Shown: positions 10,444 to 20,606, numbered from the stretch's first letter. The stretch is 64,000 bases of DNA from Chloroherpetonaceae bacterium (GCA_046292465.1 JBKBRB010000006.1:5520-69519), one strand, 5' to 3'. Translations and numbers: made by a program. The notes: generated by a model not told the origin, from the sequence alone.

Positions 10444-11091
10444 CTAAGCAAAAAGTCCAAAGAGTTCTCGCTCAATGCGCTCAATGATGAAGTTCAAGTC
10501 GTCGGCGCGTTCAACGAAATTAAGATTATCGACGTTGATGAGAATTTTCTTGCCGTGTGCGTAACGCGCATACCATGCTTCATATTTGGCTTGCAATCGT
10601 TTGAGATACTCGAGTTTGACCTTGCTTTCGTATTCGCGAGCGCGCTTTTCAATATTGGAGACGAGTTTCGGAATTGATGCCTGCAAATAGACCACCAAAT
10701 CAGGTGGCGTCAAAAGCGAAACAAACTCGCTGTAAATGAGTTGATAGGTGCTGAAATCGCGTGCGCTCATCAAGTTCATTTCATAAAGATTGCGCGCGAA
10801 AATTTCGGCGTCTTCGTAAATCGTGCGGTCTTGAACGGCGGAGCGCGTTCCCGCTTGAATAGCTCGGTGCTGTTTGAATCTTGCGACAAGAAAAAACACT
10901 TGCAGATTAAACGACCAGCGCGGCATATCGTCAAAAAAATCGGAGAGGTAAGGATTGGTGAGGTCGGGCGAGGTATCGACGGCTTCAAGCACGGCGTCCC
11001 ATTTGTAGTGTTTGGCGAGCAACTCAACGAGCGTTGATTTTCCTGCGCCCATATTGCCTGCAATGGCGATGAACTTTTTTTCCACAGTCAT
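10444..11091 (-). CDS. Deoxynucleoside kinase
   Basis: 'IAGNMGAGKST', 'QDRTIYED', 'PDLVVYL', 'KRAREYE'. Confidence 0.9.
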   Translation of the reverse strand: MTVEKKFIAIAGNMGAGKSTLVELLAKHYKWDAVLEAVDTSPDLTNPYLSDFFDDMPRWSFNLQVFFLVARFKQHRAIQAGTRSAVQDRTIYEDAEIFARNLYEMNLMSARDFSTYQLIYSEFVSLLTPPDLVVYLQASIPKLVSNIEKRAREYESKVKLEYLKRLQAKYEAWYARYAHGKKILINVDNLNFVERADDLNFIIERIERELFGLFA

Positions 11092-12320
11092 TTTGAAGCA
11101 TTCATTTCATCGTGGTAGGCTTGTCGGAACAAGGCTTCGTAGGCAGGCGTGAGTGAGATGTTGCGACGCTTCATGACGGCGCGTGCCGTTTGAAGTGCTT
11201 TTTCTAACTCGTATCGCACAAACCCTGCCTCACCGCCCCACTGAAACGAGCCAATGGTTTTCGGCGGAAACCCTGAACCGAAAATGTTGGACGACATGCC
11301 GACCACCGTTCCTGTGTTGAACATCGTGTTGATGCCGCTTTTGGAGTGCTCGCCCATGATCAAACCCAAAAACTGCATTTTGGTGTCAATTTCTTTTCCG
11401 CCGACGTTCATGCGTATGGTGCTGTAATTGTTCTTCAAGTCGGAGTTGTTCGTATCTGCGCCTAAGTTGCACCAACTTGAAATGTAACTATGCCCCAGAA
11501 AGCCCTCGTGCTGTTTGTTCGCAAACGGCTCAATGATGCTATCCTCAACTTCGCCGCCGACTTTGGATTGTTTTCCGATGTAAACGTTGCTATAAATTTT
11601 CGCGCCGATTTTGACCGTCGCACCTTCACCAACGAAGACATTGTTCATCAGCACGGCGTTTGGCAACACTTTGGCGTTGCGCGAAATGTAGATGTAGCCT
11701 TCATCGGCGTCGAGCACGGCACCTGCTTTAATTTCCGCACCTTCGTCAATAAAAATGCGGGATTCATTGACGAGCACCGCACTTGGGTGAACCTTGCCGA
11801 AGTTCATTCCGAAACTTTTTTCTTGTTTGGCTTCGCGCTTGAATTCAGTCGGGTGGAGGCGAATTAAATCCCACATAAAACTCACGAGCGTGCTGTCGAC
11901 TTGCGCAACGGGCAAGCGTTCCGAGATAAACTTTGCTTCAATAAGATTCGGAAAGCCGCTTGTAAAAAAACTTGTTGGATTTATGCGGAAGGCAACGACT
12001 TGACCGCCGTTGAAATACGCTTTGCCAAATTCAAAGTATTCGGATTCAATTTTTGTGGCGAGTGCTTTATCGCAGATTGCGCGTCCGTTGATGAAGAGCG
12101 CGTCGTTGCTTTGAATTTCATTGAAAATACTTGTTGGATTTTCTTCACGAAGTGTTTCTTGAAGTGCTTGGCGGGCGTGAAATGTAATCGGAAGTTTGAG
12201 TGCGGATTCAAATTTTTCGCGGAGCGAGCGCATTCCGCATCGAAGGTGATAAACGGGCTTTAGGTGAAGGAGCGGGCGAAATCGCTCAACGCCTTCATCT
12301 TCAAAGAGAATCAGTTGCAT
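11088..12320 (-). CDS. GlmU-like putative sugar nucleotidyltransferase/hexapeptide acyltransferase
   Basis: N-terminal 'LFED...F.PL...KPV..LRCG'; hexapeptide repeats; 'HEGFLGHSY', 'NLGADT.NSDLKNNY'. Confidence 0.8.
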   Translation of the reverse strand: MQLILFEDEGVERFRPLLHLKPVYHLRCGMRSLREKFESALKLPITFHARQALQETLREENPTSIFNEIQSNDALFINGRAICDKALATKIESEYFEFGKAYFNGGQVVAFRINPTSFFTSGFPNLIEAKFISERLPVAQVDSTLVSFMWDLIRLHPTEFKREAKQEKSFGMNFGKVHPSAVLVNESRIFIDEGAEIKAGAVLDADEGYIYISRNAKVLPNAVLMNNVFVGEGATVKIGAKIYSNVYIGKQSKVGGEVEDSIIEPFANKQHEGFLGHSYISSWCNLGADTNNSDLKNNYSTIRMNVGGKEIDTKMQFLGLIMGEHSKSGINTMFNTGTVVGMSSNIFGSGFPPKTIGSFQWGGEAGFVRYELEKALQTARAVMKRRNISLTPAYEALFRQAYHDEMNASK

Positions 12321-12329
12321 GGTTAGAGT

Positions 12330-12728
12330 TTATGCGAAATCGGCTTGACGGAGTTGTTCGGTGTAGGGCTCGCGCAATTCCATTGAGATTTTTCCATTGA
12401 TGATGGCGCCTTCTTCGACGGCGAAAATTTTTGCTTTTGAATCGCCGTTCAAAATTGATGTTGAATCCAAAACACATCGTCCCGACACCTCGACATTGCC
12501 TTTCACTCGTCCTGAAATTTTGAGATTCACAGCCGTGATATTTCCTTCTACGTTTCCGCCTTTACCAATCGCCACGTTGCCTGTCGAGGAGATGTTACCG
12601 CACACTTTTCCATCAATACGCAAGTGCCCAGTGGTCTCGATGTCGCCACGAAAGAGCGTGCCGTCAGCCACAATGCTTAATTTGTCGGTGGGAATAGAAG
12701 TTTGCGTTCCGTTTTTCTTGGCAAACAT
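12330..12728 (-). CDS. Bactofilin (polymer-forming cytoskeletal protein)
   Basis: ATG at 12728; 'SIVADGTLFRGDI...LRIDGKVCGNI...G.VEGNI...GAIINGKISM'. Confidence 0.9.
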   Translation of the reverse strand: MFAKKNGTQTSIPTDKLSIVADGTLFRGDIETTGHLRIDGKVCGNISSTGNVAIGKGGNVEGNITAVNLKISGRVKGNVEVSGRCVLDSTSILNGDSKAKIFAVEEGAIINGKISMELREPYTEQLRQADFA

Positions 12729-12757
12729 ATTTGGTTCAGTTGTTGGTAGATGTGTTG

Positions 12758-13579
12758 TTAGTTCAGAATGATGTAATCTAATGGGTTGACTGGAATGCCA
12801 TTTTTCCAAAGTTCAAAATGCAGGTGCGGTCCTGAACTTTCCAATCCTGTATTGCCTGTGAGTGCAATTGTTTGACCACGGCGCACGCTTTCGCCCTCGC
12901 GCACTAAAATTTTACTGCAATGTTTGTAAAAGGTCGTGTAGTTGCCATGTTGAAGAATGACCGACCAGCCGTAATCATCTGTCCAGTCTGCAAATACTGC
13001 TGTGCCGTCGGCAAATGCGCCGATTGGCTCGTTGAGTGCCGTTGCAATGTCGATTCCGTAGTGGCTTCGCTCGGGCGCAAATCCTTGCGAAAGCCGTCCT
13101 TGCACAATGCTACCTGCGAAGAGCACGACGTCGGGTTCGGCAAGAAGTGTCGCTTGAATTGCAGGCGTTTGTTTTATGATGTAGCCTTTCACACTTTTTC
13201 CGACTTCTTGGGGCGTGAGTGGTGTTTTTTGCGATGATTTTGACTGAACAGCAGAGCTTTCGGGCAACGCTCCAAGCAACAGTTTCAATTTGTGATTGTA
13301 ATAATCCAACTGCAAAACGCGGATACTGAGGCTATCTAATTGTCTTTGATTGAGCTCGATTTGTCGCCAGTATTCAGGTTGTGCATAGCCGGGAATGAGT
13401 TGTCGTAGCGGCGTGAAAACAATCAAGAGAGAGGTTAAAAGGCTTCCAAGCACTAGCAAGCTAACGGCAATGTAAATGATTTTACTGCGCGTAATTCCAC
13501 CGAACGCGTGACTTTCCGTTCCATCTTCGGGAATGAGGGCAATCGTGTAAGAAACGATTTTCTTTTTCTCTTTTGCCAT
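12758..13579 (-). CDS. M23 family peptidoglycan endopeptidase with N-terminal TM and coiled coil
   Basis: 'HYGIDI' (HxxxD), 'YKH', 'HLHFE'; TM at N-terminus. Confidence 0.9.
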   Translation of the reverse strand: MAKEKKKIVSYTIALIPEDGTESHAFGGITRSKIIYIAVSLLVLGSLLTSLLIVFTPLRQLIPGYAQPEYWRQIELNQRQLDSLSIRVLQLDYYNHKLKLLLGALPESSAVQSKSSQKTPLTPQEVGKSVKGYIIKQTPAIQATLLAEPDVVLFAGSIVQGRLSQGFAPERSHYGIDIATALNEPIGAFADGTAVFADWTDDYGWSVILQHGNYTTFYKHCSKILVREGESVRRGQTIALTGNTGLESSGPHLHFELWKNGIPVNPLDYIILN

Positions 13580-13587
13580 TGCTTGCA

Positions 13588-14280
13588 CTATTCGCCGAAG
13601 CGTTTTTTGAAATCCTCGAAGTTGACAATGATGATTTTATTCATCTCGCGTTCAATCAACCCTTCGCGCTCAAACATGGAGAGCACGCGGGAAATGGTTT
13701 CGCGTGATGTAGCGGCGTAGTTAGCGATTTCTTGTTGACTAGCAAAGTTATCAATTTCTACTCGTTCTCGCCTTTGGCGACCGACATCGTTCGCAAGGCG
13801 GATAATTGTGGAGGCAACTTTCCCGACGGCGTCAGCCAGCGAGATGCTTTTGATTTGGTGGTCGGTCTTTCGCAGCCGGCTCACAAGCTCGCGTAAGAGC
13901 GAGATAGCCAGTTTTGGGTGCTTTTCAAGAAATTCGAGGAAAACATCTCCATCAATTTTAAGCAACTGAACTTTGGAGAGCGCAACAGCATCAGCAGAGC
14001 GCAGTGCTCCATCTAATACTGACATTTCGCCGAAGAAATCTCGCTCGCCTAAGATGGCTAAAATAACCTCTTTGTAGTCTTCATTTGTTCGCGAAATTTT
14101 GACCATGCCTTCCAAAATCACGAACACGGCATTTCCCGTTTCGCTTTCAAAAATAATCACATCGTCTTTTTTGAATGTAACCAACTGGCTTCGGCTGACG
14201 ATTTCTGCGAGTTCTTTATCAGTTAGTGATTCAAAGATGCTGACCTCGCCGAGAATCCGTGTGGTGTCTTTGACATCCAT
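13588..14280 (-). CDS. Crp/Fnr family transcriptional regulator
   Basis: cNMP pocket 'DFFGEMS...RSA'; HTH 'SQQEIANYAATSRETISRVL'; no Fnr cysteines. Confidence 0.92.
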   Translation of the reverse strand: MDVKDTTRILGEVSIFESLTDKELAEIVSRSQLVTFKKDDVIIFESETGNAVFVILEGMVKISRTNEDYKEVILAILGERDFFGEMSVLDGALRSADAVALSKVQLLKIDGDVFLEFLEKHPKLAISLLRELVSRLRKTDHQIKSISLADAVGKVASTIIRLANDVGRQRRERVEIDNFASQQEIANYAATSRETISRVLSMFEREGLIEREMNKIIIVNFEDFKKRFGE

Positions 14281-14448
14281 TTTAATTTCTCAATTTTGTT
14301 TTGCACCCCTTCGGGCACTCTAATGTGTTGGGAAGAATATAATTTTTATTTGTCATTTTTGTTTGATTGCCGAACGAGCGGGGGTAGAAGCCAGCACGGT
14401 GGTGCGTGCCCTTCATTGAATTCATCAGGAATGTGTGTAATGGTTTGA

Positions 14449-16212
14449 TTAACTTGAGATTCTCAAATTTCCTCCAGGCGTCAGCTCGAGCTTTAAGATG
14501 TCAATAACGACTTCTGACTCGCCGGGTGGGAATTTCCAGTTGCGTACTTTTTCGGAAATTTGCTCTTCCGTGTATCTTGAAATCGGTAGAGATTCATCTA
14601 AACTTGATACCAGTAGCCGAACTCGCTCCACACGTCCACTTTTGCCAATCGTGATTTCATAATAAAGTCTGCCGTAAAGTTTTTCATCATACTTTCTCAA
14701 TTCTTTGAAGAAGAGAGCGATTTCTTCGCTTTGCTCATCAATCACGTCAAGAATGATTCGGCCGCGCTGTTTATCAGCAGAACTGACGGGGCGCTTTCGT
14801 GGCTTATTGCCTTTTTCTAATTCCACATATGCACGACGCAATTCCAAGCGTATGCGCCCTTCTTTTCGTCTGAGTTCGGCTAATTCTTTTTTGCTTTCCG
14901 CTAACGCTTTTTCATTTTTCTCAATTTTTTCCTTCAATGCCTTCAACTTTTCCGCCTCTTGCGGCGCAGATGAAGAACTTGAAATTCTATCATACTCTCG
15001 CTTTGCGTTGTTAAGTGCCGCTTCTTCCATTTGATAGAGTTTCGTGAGGCTGTCGACTTGAGATTTTTCAGCAACGAGTTCTTTTATTTCTGCTTCTCTG
15101 ACTTGAATCGGCGAAAGCCCCAAGGCTTGTGCTTTTGCCGCACTTGTGGTTACAAACGGACTTTCCTTGATAATCGACGCTTGTCCATAAATCACATCAG
15201 CCGTTCTTGGAATATACTTGCGGCGGCTAAATTCATAGCGCAGTCCAAAAAGTGCGCGATAATTTGGATAATTGACGTTGTTGGTTGAAAATGGTGTTAT
15301 GCCACGTGCGGGGTCAAAGATGGTCGAGCTTTTATTATCTGTCACCAAAAACTCTCCTGCTGCTTCAAACCACAAATCGGTCCAAATTTGAATTTTTGTT
15401 CCCAGCACTGCGTAGCTAAATGGATCTCTGCCGTAAAGCACCGTTGGCATCTGACCGTTTAAGAGCAGTTCTCCATAAACTTCCGTGAAAAGCGTAAATG
15501 AATTTGAAATGGGATAATCAAGTCCGAAAGCATAGCGCATTGTCAGGGCGTTGTTACCATTGTTGAGCGTGCCGATAGGCGTCATGTTTGTATTTTCCAT
15601 CAGAATTAGGTTCAAACCCAGATTCAGATGGATGCCCGGCGACAAGCGCGGAAAGACTTTATCGAAGTAATACGATGTGATAAAGTCACCTGAAACACTC
15701 GGTGCAGTTAATCCGACAGGCTGAAAAGGCGAATTAAACTCCCCTGAAACTGGCACCATCACACGGAACAAGCCTCCCAATTGGATTTGTTCAGAGAACA
15801 CACCAAATGAGCCCATTCGCAAAGCAATTGATACGCGCTGCGTGTAATTTGTTGTCATTGGCTCAAAGCTTGGCGGCACAAGGATGCGATTGGGCGTTGT
15901 AAAAAATACATTCGTCCCAATCGCGATCATGTAATTTTTGTTGATGGAGTAATCAAACAAAATATCGCCTGTTGTTTGTGCTAATGCCCCTGTGGTTATG
16001 CCTCCATTCGTTGAGTATCCTGTCGAGTTCCTGAACACGCCACCTGTGTAGGCAATACTGATAGTTCCTTGTCTTGGCAAGAAGCCTTTTTGCGTGTAGA
16101 ACAGCCTGCTACCTGCCGTCGTAGGCGTTTGCGCAACACTCGTGATGGAACACAGTCCAAGCAGTGTAATAGTAAAAACGAGCCACGCTCCGACGTTTGA
16201 CTTGATTGGCAT
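14449..16212 (-). CDS. Signal-peptide beta-barrel-like protein + coiled coil + TonB-C/AgmX-like C-terminal domain
   Basis: Signal ending 'SVAQ'; alternating aromatic beta strands to 'LFGLRYEF'; EK-rich coil; 'YYEITIGKSGRVERVRL...KVRNWKFP'. Confidence 0.7.
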   Translation of the reverse strand: MPIKSNVGAWLVFTITLLGLCSITSVAQTPTTAGSRLFYTQKGFLPRQGTISIAYTGGVFRNSTGYSTNGGITTGALAQTTGDILFDYSINKNYMIAIGTNVFFTTPNRILVPPSFEPMTTNYTQRVSIALRMGSFGVFSEQIQLGGLFRVMVPVSGEFNSPFQPVGLTAPSVSGDFITSYYFDKVFPRLSPGIHLNLGLNLILMENTNMTPIGTLNNGNNALTMRYAFGLDYPISNSFTLFTEVYGELLLNGQMPTVLYGRDPFSYAVLGTKIQIWTDLWFEAAGEFLVTDNKSSTIFDPARGITPFSTNNVNYPNYRALFGLRYEFSRRKYIPRTADVIYGQASIIKESPFVTTSAAKAQALGLSPIQVREAEIKELVAEKSQVDSLTKLYQMEEAALNNAKREYDRISSSSSAPQEAEKLKALKEKIEKNEKALAESKKELAELRRKEGRIRLELRRAYVELEKGNKPRKRPVSSADKQRGRIILDVIDEQSEEIALFFKELRKYDEKLYGRLYYEITIGKSGRVERVRLLVSSLDESLPISRYTEEQISEKVRNWKFPPGESEVVIDILKLELTPGGNLRISS

Positions 16213-16323
16213 CTTAATGGGCTTTAAGGCTTTTTGCGATATTCATTATTAGGGCTGATTTGGAAAACTCAATCGTGTGAATATACGCATTTCAGTTTAT
16301 CTCTTACAAAACATATACCTTGA

Positions 16324-18597
16324 TTAGGTTTCGACTAATCCGCCTATCTCGCGTTCAACAGCATTGAAATAGATGTCAGCAAGATTCTGCAGAGATTGAT
16401 TTAGAACTGTTTTACCATTCACCACGATTTGAACGTCTTTCTCTTTGACTTCACCGATGATTTGACAAGGCACGCCAATGCTTTTTGCAAGCGATTGCAC
16501 CGTTTCTACTTGCTCTTTCTTCAGAGAAACAATTACCCGACCTTGCGATTCCGAGAACAATATCTCCTGAATTGCGAAATCACCTGATGCTTCCACTGTT
16601 GCGACAACGCCCCTTTGATGCGTCTCGTCCATGATTGCCGATTCAATCAGCGCGATAGCCAGCCCGCCGTCAGAGACATCGTGTGCCGATTGCAAGAGTT
16701 GTTTTTCTGCTAATGTAATGAGCAGGTCTTGTAATTTCTTTTCTGCAATTAAATCTACAAATGGCGCATCGTCGCCAAGTTCGTTGTAGTATTGCTCTAA
16801 AAACTGTGAACCGTTCAAATCCGATTTGAATTCACCAAGAAGCATGACTGCGTCGCCTTCGTTTTTGAAATTTGATGTAACGGCTTTTGAGACATCTTCT
16901 AATAATCCAACGATGCCAATTGTCGGTGTCGGAAACACAGCCGTTGATTTTCCGTCTATCATCGCTTCATTGTAAAAGCTCACATTGCCTCCGGTTACGG
17001 GCGTCTCGAAGACAGCACATGCTTCGCCCATTCCTGCAACGGCTTCTTTGAATTGGAAATAGACATCAGGCTTGTAGGGATTGCCGAAGTTCAGACAGTT
17101 CGTTACGCCGAGCGGTCTTGCTCCGGTGCAGGCGATGTTTCTTGCACATTCTGCAACGGCAATCATTGCGCCCTTTCTTGGATTGAGATAGACATACTTC
17201 GAGTTGCAATCTGTTTTCATCGCTAATGCCTTTTTCGTGCCTTTGATTCTGACGACGGCAGCGTCGCTTGCCCCAACGGCGACCGTCGTGTTTGTGCGCA
17301 CCATTGAGTCATACTGCGTATAAACCCACCGCTTGCTTGCAATGTTTGGATTTGAGAGCAGTCTTAAAATTTCTCTTTCAAACTCAATTTCATCATCTTT
17401 TTTGAGCGTTGGGAATTTCGTGTTTGGCTTTTTTTCTTTCGCTTCACGGTAATACACTGGTGCGCCGCCGCCAAGCACTAATGCAGTTGCCGGAACTTCG
17501 GCTACGATTTTACCGTGATGCTTCACGCGAAGCATGCCGTCTGATGTCACTTTGCCGATAACTACAGCACTAACATCCCACTTTTCAAAAATATCGATAA
17601 TCGCTTGCTCGTGTCCTTTTTCAGCAACGATGAGCATTCGCTCTTGCGATTCGGAAAGCATGATTTCATATGCACTCATATTTTTTTCGCGGATAGGCAC
17701 AAGGTCGAGATTGAGTTCCATGCCGCCTTTGCCTGTTTTTTCAATTGCTTTTGCGGACATTTCCGATGAGGAGCATGTGAGTCCTGCGGCGCCCATGTCT
17801 TGAATGCCAACCACATAGCCGGTTGCAATCGCTTCCAGTGTGGCTTCGAGCAAAAGTTTTTCGGCAAAGGGGTCGCCCACTTGCACGCTTGGACGTTTGG
17901 ATTCAGACGCTTCCGAAAGTTCTTCCGACGCAAATGTTGCACCGTGAATGCCGTCTCGCCCTGTTGCAGAGCCGACAATCAGCACGGGATTTCCTTCTCC
18001 ACTCGCAATGGCTCTTGCAACTTGATTGTGCTCGACGATTCCAACGCTCATTGCATTGACAAGCGGGTTGCCTTGATAGCATGGGTTGAAGTAGACTTCG
18101 CCTGCAACGGTCGGCACGCCGAACGAGTTGCCGTAGTCGCCGATGCCGCGCACAACACCGTCCAACAAGTATTTCACACGTGGGTCCGAGAGGTTTCCAA
18201 ATCGGAGCGAATTGAGTGCGGCAATCGGTCGCGCACCCATCGTGAAAATATCACGATGAATACCGCCAACGCCTGTTGCCGCGCCTTGATACGGCTCTAC
18301 TGCCGACGGGTGATTGTGTGATTCAATTTTGAAGGCAACGGCAAGTCCATCACCGATATCGACCAATCCTGCATTTTCTTCTCCGGCTCTGGCAAGCAAT
18401 CGTCCCCCACTTCTTGGGAGCGTTTTGAGAACTGCAATGGAGTTTTTGTAACTGCAATGTTCCGACCACATCACCGAAAAAATGCCCAATTCGGTGTAGG
18501 TCGGCACGCGTCCGAGAATGTCCAACATTTTTTGATACTCTTCCTCGAGCAATCCGTGTTGTTTGGCAAGTTCGAGATTAACGGTTGGTTCGGTCAT
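16324..18597 (-). CDS. purL: Phosphoribosylformylglycinamidine synthase subunit PurL
   Basis: ATG at 18597; 'WSEHCSYK', 'KIESHNHPS', 'QDMGAAGL', 'LSESQERM', 'HDVSDGG'. Confidence 0.97.
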   Translation of the reverse strand: MTEPTVNLELAKQHGLLEEEYQKMLDILGRVPTYTELGIFSVMWSEHCSYKNSIAVLKTLPRSGGRLLARAGEENAGLVDIGDGLAVAFKIESHNHPSAVEPYQGAATGVGGIHRDIFTMGARPIAALNSLRFGNLSDPRVKYLLDGVVRGIGDYGNSFGVPTVAGEVYFNPCYQGNPLVNAMSVGIVEHNQVARAIASGEGNPVLIVGSATGRDGIHGATFASEELSEASESKRPSVQVGDPFAEKLLLEATLEAIATGYVVGIQDMGAAGLTCSSSEMSAKAIEKTGKGGMELNLDLVPIREKNMSAYEIMLSESQERMLIVAEKGHEQAIIDIFEKWDVSAVVIGKVTSDGMLRVKHHGKIVAEVPATALVLGGGAPVYYREAKEKKPNTKFPTLKKDDEIEFEREILRLLSNPNIASKRWVYTQYDSMVRTNTTVAVGASDAAVVRIKGTKKALAMKTDCNSKYVYLNPRKGAMIAVAECARNIACTGARPLGVTNCLNFGNPYKPDVYFQFKEAVAGMGEACAVFETPVTGGNVSFYNEAMIDGKSTAVFPTPTIGIVGLLEDVSKAVTSNFKNEGDAVMLLGEFKSDLNGSQFLEQYYNELGDDAPFVDLIAEKKLQDLLITLAEKQLLQSAHDVSDGGLAIALIESAIMDETHQRGVVATVEASGDFAIQEILFSESQGRVIVSLKKEQVETVQSLAKSIGVPCQIIGEVKEKDVQIVVNGKTVLNQSLQNLADIYFNAVEREIGGLVET

Positions 18598-18614
18598 GGT
18601 TTGAAAACTGTTTT

Positions 18615-18654
18615 GAAACAAAAACAGCCTTTCAGGTTTCCCCAAAAGGCTGTT
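18615..18654 (-). terminator. Terminator-like hairpin after the barrel gene
   Basis: Minus strand aacagccttt...GAAA loop...aaaggctgtt then tttgttt. Confidence 0.55.
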
Positions 18655-18675
18655 GAGATTTGATAGGCATTTGAA

Positions 18676-19995
18676 TTACTTACGTTTTCTGACGGGCTTT
18701 TTCTTTGGTGCTTCCTCTTCCTTTTTCGGCTCTTCTTTTGGAGGCACAGGTGCGGGTGCGGGCGCAGGCGACACTTGGGTCGGTGCGGGCGACGGTGCAG
18801 GAAGCGGTACGGCTGAAGAAGCAGGCGCAGGCTCGCTAATTTTCAAAATCTGGCGAAGTTGTTGCAAGTTCTTGTCGATATCTTGGCGGCGACGTTGAAT
18901 TTCTTGGATTTTGCGGCTTGTAACTTCTTTATCTTCACCAATATCTTCGAGTTTGCGAATGATGACATCAGCACCTTGCGATTCAGCCGAGAAATCTACA
19001 GAACGCGGGTCGGCAGTTGTCGAGCCAAAGGTCATTGGCAAGATATTGACTTGAATTCCAAAGATGAATCGCCACTCCGTATAGTTTGTGGCTTTTCCGC
19101 TACCAGGACGAGGCGTAATCGAGAATTGGTTGTTGTATACCGTTTCATCATTCTTTCCGCCTAATTGATAGTCATATCCGAGTAAGACGCTAATGTAATC
19201 AACGGGTTTGACTCGCGCACCAAGAGTGACAAACGACATATTTTCGCGTGAATACGCTTGGAGCGACGGTGCCGTAATCCATGCCCATCCCCAAAATTCT
19301 AACATTAAATCTACAGTTGTTGTTGGATATTTGAGTCCGAGTGAGTAGTTAAACGAACTGCTGTTTCCAATGTTCTTCAACGGCGTATTGTTATTGGAGA
19401 TATTTTTGCCGTCGTCAAAATAGTTGTAAAAACCCAAGTTGAGATTAGCATTGAAAGATTCTTTTGGGAAGAGGTTATCTGCATAATAAGAAAGCAGCAC
19501 GTTGATGCCAGTTTCTGTTCCGCCTGCTGAGTAAGGCACCCCCCATGCGTTAAAATACTGCTCACCTGCGGTTGGAATCATGAAGGTTAGCATACCGCCA
19601 ACATAAAGCCTGTCATTTGCAAAACTGAATCCGCCCACCTTCGCAGCAAGGGTTATGTTTTCAAAAAAGTTTGCCGCTTTGTCGCGATGGTGAATGTCTT
19701 GATACACAAGTGCATTTACTGCGACGAGGAAATTATTTGTGAAAGAGTAGTCAAGGTGCATGGAGTTGCGAATCAAAGAGTGAGAAACGCTGTTACCTAA
19801 ACTTCCTCCATATGCATTTGTAACAACGTTGAAGTCGGAGTGTGTGTAGTAGGTTAAACTCTTGGACTTTGGGGTCAGTGCCTCTTGTGTGCGAATCAAC
19901 CTACCACTTGCCGTATAGACATGCTGGGCAGTTGTCATCTCACTTGCAAGCAGAAATAAAGACAAGACTGTTAAGATAGGTATGCGCTTCGCCAT
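18676..19995 (-). CDS. Signal-peptide beta-barrel-like protein + coiled coil + Pro/Lys-rich tail (paralogue of 14449-16212)
   Basis: Signal ending 'TTAQ'; colinear shared motifs with 14449-16212; tail 'PAPSPAPTQVSPAPAPAPVPPKEEPKK'. Confidence 0.7.
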   Translation of the reverse strand: MAKRIPILTVLSLFLLASEMTTAQHVYTASGRLIRTQEALTPKSKSLTYYTHSDFNVVTNAYGGSLGNSVSHSLIRNSMHLDYSFTNNFLVAVNALVYQDIHHRDKAANFFENITLAAKVGGFSFANDRLYVGGMLTFMIPTAGEQYFNAWGVPYSAGGTETGINVLLSYYADNLFPKESFNANLNLGFYNYFDDGKNISNNNTPLKNIGNSSSFNYSLGLKYPTTTVDLMLEFWGWAWITAPSLQAYSRENMSFVTLGARVKPVDYISVLLGYDYQLGGKNDETVYNNQFSITPRPGSGKATNYTEWRFIFGIQVNILPMTFGSTTADPRSVDFSAESQGADVIIRKLEDIGEDKEVTSRKIQEIQRRRQDIDKNLQQLRQILKISEPAPASSAVPLPAPSPAPTQVSPAPAPAPVPPKEEPKKEEEAPKKKPVRKRK

Positions 19996-20049
19996 TTCGC
20001 CTCCGGTTGATTTTTTTGAATAGAGAATTTTTGAAAGAAAACCGAATTT

Positions 20050-20589
20050 TTATCGATTAAGATTTTGGTTGATGATGATAAACAGAAATGCTGCTTGCAA
20101 TACCGCCGTTATAATCTGCAAAACCGACACAAAACTTTGGAGCGCGCTCAGCGCGCCACCCGGCACAATCACGGTATCGCCTCGCAAGAGCACTGGAAAA
20201 TACGACTGCTCGCCTGTCTCCACAAATTTTTCAACATTGATTCGGATAATTTTCTCAACGGCTGTTGTGTCCTGCATTGTGTAGCGAATGATTCTAACTT
20301 CATCTAACTTTGCGTTTGAAGTAGGACCGCCCGCCAGCGAAATTAACGAAATAATATCTGTTGTGTAAGGCACAATCATCTTCCCTGTTTTCTTTACCTC
20401 TCCCCACAAGTTGATGTCTATTTGCACACCCTGACCTTGTCCATAATAATAAACAGCTGGAGAGTTACCTAGTTGTTCAGGAGACAAGGTGTTTTGTGAA
20501 GGTAAGTTTCCTCCAAAAGCTTGTGCGAGTGTTTTATTCGGGTGTGAAGTTAAGAAAAGCCCAACAACAATACAAAAAACAAAACGCAT
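20050..20589 (-). CDS. SLBB (beta-grasp) domain protein, mini-Wza-like
   Basis: Signal peptide; 'INLWGEVKKTG', 'ISLAGG', 'LLRGDTVIVP'; hydrophobic C-terminal helix. Confidence 0.75.
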   Translation of the reverse strand: MRFVFCIVVGLFLTSHPNKTLAQAFGGNLPSQNTLSPEQLGNSPAVYYYGQGQGVQIDINLWGEVKKTGKMIVPYTTDIISLISLAGGPTSNAKLDEVRIIRYTMQDTTAVEKIIRINVEKFVETGEQSYFPVLLRGDTVIVPGGALSALQSFVSVLQIITAVLQAAFLFIIINQNLNR

Positions 20590-20606
20590 TTAATTTCAAC
20601 TGGTTT

